The notes beneath the pieces are model-generated. The model saw only the letters and a program-made list of their open reading frames with translations. It ran no database searches and was not told where the DNA came from. The position numbers and the translations under genes are program-made. Below are positions 57,631 through 64,000 of a DNA stretch of 64,000 nucleotides, piece after piece; within the stretch, counting starts at the first letter, position 1, and each line of letters starts with the position of its first letter. The stretch comes from a virus: positions 16,933 through 80,932 of IMG/VR virus record IMGVR_UViG_3300045789_000711; one strand, 5' to 3'.

Positions 57631-59847
57631 ATGGACAAACCACGCGAATTAGAGCCGGAAAACTTAGGCAATATCTCGGAAGTAAAAACCGTATCCGGTA
57701 ACGTTGTGTTAGCACAATTTGCCATCATGGAGCTGTCACAAATCGTTATATCTAACCGGATTAACGGCGACGTGAACGAGCTTTACCCTCAAGAGCTGCA
57801 GCCAAGAGACAGAACGGATCCCGAAAAGCTTAAGCGCTTATGGCACACGCCCCAGTTAAGCCGTATGGGTAATTCATCGTCAAGTACGGACGGTGCGCCA
57901 TTTATTAATGACGACTTTGTTGTCGAGTCCGGTAACGGGCGATTGATGAACTTAACCCGCGCTTATGCGCTCAATACGGCCAGTGATTACCGTGAACGAT
58001 TAGAGCAAGCGGCGATGCAGTTTGGTATTGATAGCTCGGTACCTAAAGTAATGCGTCAGCCTGTACTGGTGCGTATTCGCATTACTGCCATGGACTCTGT
58101 GACGTTCGCCATCGATTCCAATCATGACAACGATGCAGTGAGCCAAGGCGACAAGTCGATTGTTCGTAACATGTTTGAGTCCACCAGCTTTGATGTGATA
58201 TTGAGTGACATTGAGAATGCGGGATCTATTCAGCAAATCAAAGATGCTCTTATTTATCGTGCGAACACGGCAACGGTTGGTGCTGGTGATGAGATAGAAA
58301 ACCTCGTTAATATGTTCGTTGATATCTTAGGGGCCGCTATCAAGGCGGGTAATTCAAAGGCTTACCTAGAGAACTATTCATCGCTTCACAGTGCTGCGAC
58401 GCGCTATGCAGGCTTTGATTACCCTCTGCGTTCAGAGGTGTTAAGACTGGCGGCAGTAAAACTATTTGGCATACCGGATGCCAGCGGCGAAATGGTGTTG
58501 CAACCGACTTACGTTGATGTGTTCTCATTCAATGAAATGTATAAGAAAGCGAGTAGCACAAACTATCAAGAGCGACTTGAGGCGTTTAATTATCGTCAGT
58601 TGATTAATCGCAATATCACTAACAAACGAATAGACAGGCGCTTATTGCTCGCGTTCGCTTCACCAAAAATCACGATTCAAGAGCTTGATGCTTATCTGTC
58701 CGGTCAAGATAGCTTTGTGGGTGTCGATGGAAGCCCTATTGATGACTTGAAAGCAGAGGGTCAGTTCGTTATTGATTTCATCACACAAGACTTAGACGGT
58801 GAGGGTGTTGAGGTCAGTAAAGAATCGCGCATGAAGCTGATGATTGACTCTTTGCGCGCTATCAATCTTATCTCGCTAAATGATGATGACGTTAGTACGC
58901 CCGAAGCCTTGGCCAAGGACGTGACTCAAGGCGTTAGGGCTATGCGTGATCGTTATCTTAGAAATCATTTGTCGGGCCTTAGAGCTACCCAGTACAAAGC
59001 TAAGAATGATGCCGTGGATCGTGTGACTCAGATGTTTGAGCGCCATATCTTTGAAGATGGATATGATGAGGCGTTAACCGCCATCAATGAGTATCTAGAA
59101 TTTAATAAGATGCCCGATCCTAAAAAGATTGGCCACGGCTTAATGAGCGCGATTAACACTGCTGAGACTGAGCGCTTATACGGCCCTACGATAGAAAAGC
59201 TTTCTAATTATGTCGCTGATATGGTGACGGACTTTGAGAAAACAGGCAGTCAAATAGACGTCGTGAGTAAGAATGCCGTTAAGCAGCTTAAGAAAGAGCG
59301 TATTGACGTTAATTCAGTAAGCAAGTGGGTTGATGACTTTGCGGCTGTGACGTCTAACACCGTGGGGCCAATAGCACTTGAGCATGGTGAGTCTAATGGT
59401 GCTGGGTTGGTTCGTGCTTACTCGGTACCTAACTCAAACATAATTGGAGTGGGCCGCAAGATAACCAAGGGCGTTATGTGGCATGAGTTGGGGCATAAGA
59501 TTGAAGATAAAAACCCTAAGATTGCTGCAGCGACGGCCGCGTTATTGCGCAAGCGTCACGACGACGCTAGTGCGCCAAAGGTTGTGCCATTAAGCAAGTA
59601 TCACTCATGGGCCTCAAGTAAAGAATACATGGTAGATAAGTTCATTCATGAGCCTTATGAAAGCGTGTTTTATGCCTATGATTCCTTTGGTAATCGCAAG
59701 CCAGATATTCAGGGTGTTAAATCGTCAGAGTTAGTATCTAAAGGTTTTGAGTGGTTATCGGATAAGAAAACAATGAAAATACTCATGCTTAATCGTGAGT
59801 TGCTTGAGATTATCATTGCGGCCATTGAGTATTTAAAGAATAAATAA
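57631..59847 (+). CDS. ddrB: DdrB-like protein: ParB-like N-domain plus C-terminal HExxH metallopeptidase
   Basis: YPQELQPRDR, GAPFI...VESGNGR; WHELGHKIE...SELVSKGFE. Confidence 0.75.
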   Translation: MDKPRELEPENLGNISEVKTVSGNVVLAQFAIMELSQIVISNRINGDVNELYPQELQPRDRTDPEKLKRLWHTPQLSRMGNSSSSTDGAPFINDDFVVESGNGRLMNLTRAYALNTASDYRERLEQAAMQFGIDSSVPKVMRQPVLVRIRITAMDSVTFAIDSNHDNDAVSQGDKSIVRNMFESTSFDVILSDIENAGSIQQIKDALIYRANTATVGAGDEIENLVNMFVDILGAAIKAGNSKAYLENYSSLHSAATRYAGFDYPLRSEVLRLAAVKLFGIPDASGEMVLQPTYVDVFSFNEMYKKASSTNYQERLEAFNYRQLINRNITNKRIDRRLLLAFASPKITIQELDAYLSGQDSFVGVDGSPIDDLKAEGQFVIDFITQDLDGEGVEVSKESRMKLMIDSLRAINLISLNDDDVSTPEALAKDVTQGVRAMRDRYLRNHLSGLRATQYKAKNDAVDRVTQMFERHIFEDGYDEALTAINEYLEFNKMPDPKKIGHGLMSAINTAETERLYGPTIEKLSNYVADMVTDFEKTGSQIDVVSKNAVKQLKKERIDVNSVSKWVDDFAAVTSNTVGPIALEHGESNGAGLVRAYSVPNSNIIGVGRKITKGVMWHELGHKIEDKNPKIAAATAALLRKRHDDASAPKVVPLSKYHSWASSKEYMVDKFIHEPYESVFYAYDSFGNRKPDIQGVKSSELVSKGFEWLSDKKTMKILMLNRELLEIIIAAIEYLKNK

Positions 59848-59861
59848 GGCGGGTAAGGTAT

Positions 59862-60179
59862 ATGGAACTTATTGCGGTTAACGATGTTGATATTCTACAT
59901 ATTGTAGTCAATACGGATAACGTGTTTCACAGAGCCAGTTATCAAGGGCTAACAACTGAAATGGATGAGGCCTTTAAAAGCATTGTTGTTGGAATGGATG
60001 ATGTGTGGGGATTCTCTATTTCACCTAATGAGGCGTCGCCTTATGGTGTTGTTAATGCGTTGAAGAGCTTGGGTTACTCGTTACTGATTAGCGATGAGTA
60101 CGACAAGGCGCTTAAAGTAGCGGTTGCAGAGCTTAATAGTGATACAGCCGAGCAAGTGCAGCCAAATGTAATTTACTAG
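59862..60179 (+). CDS. small acidic protein (at the hxr position)
   Basis: 105 aa, AAGG SD, last gene of the dar operon. Confidence 0.6.
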   Translation: MELIAVNDVDILHIVVNTDNVFHRASYQGLTTEMDEAFKSIVVGMDDVWGFSISPNEASPYGVVNALKSLGYSLLISDEYDKALKVAVAELNSDTAEQVQPNVIY

Positions 60180-60220
60180 CTTTAGATGGCCTTTGATGGC
60201 CTTACAGGTTTTTCACTTTC

Positions 60221-60510
60221 GCCCCAGTTCCGCTACAACGGCTGGGGTTTTTTGTGACCAATCGCCCCAGATCCACTACATGATATTCCCTGTTCTACTA
60301 CAAAGCTGGGGGTTTTGGGCCTAATCGCCCCAGTTTCACTACATAATATTCCCTGTTCAGTTACAACGAGACGGCAAATAAAAGGCTATTACCGCCTTTA
60401 ATGGGTGTTTATTGGTGCTGGTGGCCCTTAAATCGGGCTGTTTGGCTGTTTCCCTGTTCCACTACATTAAATGTCTGTCCGGTCACACAAACGCCCATAT
60501 TGACTACATC
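60221..60510. repeat. incA-like copy-control iterons (7 degenerate 19-mers)
   Basis: CCC[AT]G[AT]T....TACA-type units at 60221, 60264, 60286, 60327, 60349, 60450 and 60492. Confidence 0.8.
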
Positions 60511-61424
60511 TTTAATGGCACTAGCTTTGGATCTCGATTGAATACCATGAGGTAGCGCTGGCCATCTTTCCTGATAATTTCACCGTCCAAGTAACCGATT
60601 TTAATCACTGTTTTTATGGCTGCAGTGATAGTCCGGTTTTGCTCGGCTACGCTAGAGGTAAGCTGCATTCTGTCCCGTATGCGCTCAAATGAGATAGGGT
60701 GAGGATTCTCAGGCAGGGCAGACAAGAAGACATACAGGCATTGCGCCGCCTCTTTGCGTGATAACAGCTTAAGGGCTTTGAGCTTGAGCAATACTTGATG
60801 ATCAACCAAGTACAAGTCCCAAAGCTTTTTATCCGGTGTCAGGATGATGTAATCGCGCCCTACATCAAATTCAGCGCTATGAATTAAGCCGCCAACGTAG
60901 CCTTTGCCCGTGTCGCTTTGCTTGGATGATTTGGAGAACCGGATCGTCTGCGTTCGTATTCTGGTAAGTGACTCTTCTATGCGTTCTCTTAAACTTGTAT
61001 CGATGCGGCGAGTTGAGAACCCGCAGTATTTGGCGAATGCAGAGAACTTGAGTTCAACTGAGTCAGTATCTTTTCGCATTGAGCTAATGGCCCAGACAAT
61101 GCCGCACCAGACCTTAAAGTCAGTATCGAAGTTCAGGAATGAGCCTGTAATAGTTACCCGCTCATAGCCCTCTTTTCGTGTGAGTTGTAGCGTTCTAAAC
61201 TCTTTTGTTAAGTCTGCTGTGTGGCTGGTAGGTAAGTTGGCAAGCCCTTTGCCGCCGCGCCTTACAGGGGTGAATATGGCAAGCCTAAGCAATATGTTAG
61301 CTTGAACCGAGCTTGAGGTGTTTGGCTCAAACTCTGCAGGGAATAAGTGGGCTTGTTTCTGTGATTTGTTATCCGTCGTTGCAACGCTTGTGGTTACAAC
61401 GTCTTGATCCGCTACCGCTTCCAT
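60504..61424 (-). CDS. repA: plasmid replication initiator (P1 RepA/RepFIB family)
   Basis: SVQANILLRLAIFTP, EGYERVTITG..L.FDTDFKVWCGI, RKEAAQCLY. Confidence 0.92.
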   Translation of the reverse strand: MEAVADQDVVTTSVATTDNKSQKQAHLFPAEFEPNTSSSVQANILLRLAIFTPVRRGGKGLANLPTSHTADLTKEFRTLQLTRKEGYERVTITGSFLNFDTDFKVWCGIVWAISSMRKDTDSVELKFSAFAKYCGFSTRRIDTSLRERIEESLTRIRTQTIRFSKSSKQSDTGKGYVGGLIHSAEFDVGRDYIILTPDKKLWDLYLVDHQVLLKLKALKLLSRKEAAQCLYVFLSALPENPHPISFERIRDRMQLTSSVAEQNRTITAAIKTVIKIGYLDGEIIRKDGQRYLMVFNRDPKLVPLKM

Positions 61425-61444
61425 ATATCAACTTGTTAGGGGGT

Positions 61445-61711
61445 TTATCCACAAAAGGTATCATAGGCACCCCAGATTGACTACATGTTTACCCCAGATT
61501 GACTACATGCTTTACCCGTATTGACTACATGCATAGCCCTTTTTGACTACATGTTTACCCCAGATTGACTACATGATTGTTTTTTTAAAATGTGCTTTTT
61601 ATTTATTTGAAACAAAGGCTTGCGAGGGGTTTTATTTTGGAGGGGATCTTCTCTTGATCTTATCGGAACCAATAGGATCTTATTGGTAATATCCACTGTA
61701 TATGTGGATAA
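61445..61711. promoter_or_regulatory. plasmid origin (oriR-like): DnaA boxes, 5 iterons, AT-rich tract, GATC cluster
   Basis: TTATCCACA at 61445; five ..TTGACTACATG iterons at 22-bp period (61469-61575); three GATCTT; TGTGGATAA at 61703. Confidence 0.88.
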
Positions 61712-61743
61712 AAGCCCTTAAAAGGGCTTCAAAGCCTTACTGA

Positions 61744-62259
61744 CTACGCCTTGTAGTCCTGTTGAAAAGTATCAGGAAAGACATTGATAGGCACATAGTT
61801 GATTGCTTTTAGAATGTAATCGTCTTCGTTACCTTTGCCAGCGTCAGTATTATAGTAGTCTTTCCAGTATTTAGCACGGCCCTCAAGGCTGCTAGGGATA
61901 TCAGGCACTACAACCTTGTAGCGTAAACGGGCAAAGACAAACGCAAGTAAAGGGCTAAGTTCAAGTTCACTGTAATTAACCTTAGACAGAGTAAAGCCAA
62001 ATGCCTTACTAAGCGCTCGTTCTTCTTTGCTATTGGTAAACTTTTCTCTAAGCCACTTAAACGTACCCTCATCAACTTGAGTAAGGCCTGCGCCTGCATA
62101 GCGTTCAGTAGGATCTTTAAGCTCGCCTAATAGCGTTTCTGCTGCTGCAGTCTCTACGAGTAATAATGAGCCAGCATGGTTTTTGCCATGGCCAAGTACA
62201 TCACAAACGGCAAGGGCCAATGTAACTGCAGAGTGAGCTGATGATAAACCGTAATACAT
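61744..62259 (-). CDS. lysozyme-fold endolysin/lytic transglycosylase candidate
   Basis: TAAAET (catalytic Glu), GLTQ, YWKDYYNT..GKG. Confidence 0.65.
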   Translation of the reverse strand: MYYGLSSAHSAVTLALAVCDVLGHGKNHAGSLLLVETAAAETLLGELKDPTERYAGAGLTQVDEGTFKWLREKFTNSKEERALSKAFGFTLSKVNYSELELSPLLAFVFARLRYKVVVPDIPSSLEGRAKYWKDYYNTDAGKGNEDDYILKAINYVPINVFPDTFQQDYKA

Positions 62260-62433
62260 ATTTAAAACTTCTAGTAATGAGTGAAGTCGCGATCATATCG
62301 ATGGCTCGAAACGATAGAAAAAAACAGGGGATTTAAGGGATTTCACACATAAATATGGATATTTATAATTTAAATGTTTAATTACATCCTAACGTTGTTC
62401 TAGAATGCGATATTGGCAGGTATCGGGGGTGTT

Positions 62434-63063
62434 ATGTTAGCTAGAGATTTTATAAGTAGTCACAATGAAAAACGAAGTGGCGTTAATTGGGTGTTACGCT
62501 TAAACACAATAAGCGACCTAGAAGCCGTTACGCTAACCAAGCAATACAACAAAGAATGCAGTGATAGTGATCCGTTTCTTAATCCCAGCTTTATGACTGA
62601 CATTGGATTGGATAGAGAAAACACTTACCGCTTTGAATTGTGGGCTAATGATGAACTGGCCGGAATAGCGGTCATTGGTGCAGCATTTGAATTGCTTGAT
62701 GATGAGGACTACGGCGTTGAAGATAATTGTTATAGCGCATGGATCAATGTAGGCGTTGCGTTCATATCTAAAAAGTATCGCCATAAGGTTTCTGGTAAAA
62801 TATTTAGTAGGCATTGCACATGGGCGATTGAAGACATACTCAGCCATGAAGTAAAGGGGATAGTTCAGAACCCGCAAACAGCCACCGTCATGGCGGTTAT
62901 TGAAGCTTACTGCTTATCTAAAGGCGGGTTAAGATTTGCTAAGATGTTTGCTGATTACTTTGGGCCTAATAGTGATTTCACTTTTGAGTTGCACGGCCTT
63001 GGTATCCCGTTCTCATCTTATGTGTGCAGCATTGAGATAGATGATTTAGAAATGGCGGCATAA
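62434..63063 (+). CDS. hypothetical protein, possible GNAT fold
   Basis: ELAGIA...VAFISKKYRHKVSG; ACATCCTAAC upstream at 62384. Confidence 0.5.
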   Translation: MLARDFISSHNEKRSGVNWVLRLNTISDLEAVTLTKQYNKECSDSDPFLNPSFMTDIGLDRENTYRFELWANDELAGIAVIGAAFELLDDEDYGVEDNCYSAWINVGVAFISKKYRHKVSGKIFSRHCTWAIEDILSHEVKGIVQNPQTATVMAVIEAYCLSKGGLRFAKMFADYFGPNSDFTFELHGLGIPFSSYVCSIEIDDLEMAA

Positions 63064-63081
63064 ACTAACAGGGCAGTTAAA

Positions 63082-63270
63082 ATGATTAAAGTTGAATTAG
63101 TGTTAGATGGTACGGGCCTATACAACGTCATGATTGATGGCGTTAACTTTGGTGCGTTCGATGAAGTTGATAAGGGTAAGTATTCTTACTTTCCCAAACG
63201 CAATGATGTGTTAACGGGCGATCACTATATCGCTATAGGCCATGCGCTAAACAAGATTAATAACCAGTAA
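63082..63270 (+). CDS. hypothetical protein
   Basis: 62 aa ending at a terminator. Confidence 0.6.
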   Translation: MIKVELVLDGTGLYNVMIDGVNFGAFDEVDKGKYSYFPKRNDVLTGDHYIAIGHALNKINNQ

Positions 63271-63281
63271 ATGACAGACAT

Positions 63282-63311
63282 AAAAAAACCCGCTTATTAA
63301 GGCGGGTTTTT
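63282..63311. terminator. bidirectional intrinsic terminator
   Basis: AAAAAACCCGC-ttattaag-GCGGGTTTTT. Confidence 0.85.
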
Positions 63312-63330
63312 GCTTGAGCAGTAACCTTGC

Positions 63331-63744
63331 TTATCCGTTGATAAGCGATTCCATTTCGAGGTCTTCTAAATAGTAAGTGTAATCTTCGTCATTGGCTATA
63401 GCTGCGAAGTGAGTTGATGAATAAACAAGCCCGTTATCAACGTTGTAGCCATGGTAAGCCCATGCAGCACAACAAAGCAGTGCCTTATCTTCATAGTTAA
63501 AAACGTTCAACGTTCCCACTTCAAGCGATTCACCAAATCGAGAAATCCCGTTATTAACCAGCATTTCTTTCAAAGCCCACCAGTACATGCCATAGGCGCG
63601 ATACATGATAGGTTTACTGTCTAAAATTGAAGCAAGGTTTTTAACAAACAATGCGACAAACTCAGACTTTTCTTTGTTGCTGGTGGCCTCTTCAAGCAAG
63701 GGCGCTAGCTCTTCTTCTGTAGGTAAAATAGCGTTTTCTAACAT
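63331..63744 (-). CDS. ulx: Ulx-like DarB packaging helper
   Basis: P.MYRAYG.YW..LK..L...FG and DNGLVYS..H match my recollection of P1 Ulx; start ATG 63744. Confidence 0.8.
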   Translation of the reverse strand: MLENAILPTEEELAPLLEEATSNKEKSEFVALFVKNLASILDSKPIMYRAYGMYWWALKEMLVNNGISRFGESLEVGTLNVFNYEDKALLCCAAWAYHGYNVDNGLVYSSTHFAAIANDEDYTYYLEDLEMESLING

Positions 63745-63745
63745 G

Positions 63746-64000
63746 TTACACTCCCAAAACTTTTTTAACGTTATCGAGGCCTGCTGCTGCAGGGACAAAC
63801 CACCAGCTACCCTCGTAATCATCGTTTAAGTCAGTGCTGAAAAACACACCGCTAACCAAGGCCTTAAGCTCTTCTTTGTTGCTAAAGAGTTTACCAGACT
63901 TACCTTGTGGATCGTGAATGGCAATTACATCGCCCACAGGGAAATAACGCGCTGGGTTAGTGCGCCATCTACCGCGTGATTGGTACTTGGTTGATGGCTG
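63746..64000 (-). CDS. darB: 3' end of a DarB-like anti-restriction protein (truncated by the window edge)
   Basis: Reading frame runs to the edge and ends 1 nt before ulx as in P1; IHDPQGKSG...GSWW C-terminus. Confidence 0.6.
   Translation of the reverse strand, partial: QPSTKYQSRGRWRTNPARYFPVGDVIAIHDPQGKSGKLFSNKEELKALVSGVFFSTDLNDDYEGSWWFVPAAAGLDNVKKVLGV

Larger units (their letters stand above)
1..64000. mobile_element. P1-like phage-plasmid (partial genome; continues beyond both ends)
   Basis: Terminase, capsid, contractile tail and dar anti-restriction genes occur in P1 order together with an iteron RepA replicon, partition systems and a TA module. Confidence 0.93.

Overview
The whole 64-kb window is part of a P1-like (Punavirus-related) phage-plasmid from a gammaproteobacterium. 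No host chromosomal genes, rRNA, tRNA or CRISPR array were recognised. Left to right it holds: early/accessory genes; a ParM/ParR-type partition pair; pacA (with an internal GATC-rich pac-like repeat) and pacB terminase; a convergent C1-like repressor; an accessory region (degenerate tyrosine recombinase, Hha-like protein, 999-aa unknown, orphan DndB/DGQHR protein, ParA plus small partner with a 7x24-bp array, Phd-VapC toxin-antitoxin pair, second tyrosine recombinase, ART-like protein); a near-complete P1-syntenic contractile-tail morphogenesis block ending in a 1525-aa repeat-modular tail fibre with no adjacent invertase; lydAB-hdf-darA-ddrA-ddrB; a RepA replicon with iterons on both sides; a lysozyme-like gene; ulx; and the 3' end of darB. 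The main sequence-level signals are a recurring intergenic ATCCTAAC motif (candidate C1 operator), about 49 Chi octamers counted by eye, a family of 12-bp-period RTTAC arrays partly hidden inside coding linkers, and a shared M-[FYL]-E-[SA] motif that marks probable prohead-protease substrates. P1 gene names come from synteny, size and remembered motifs, not database searches, and all counts are manual.
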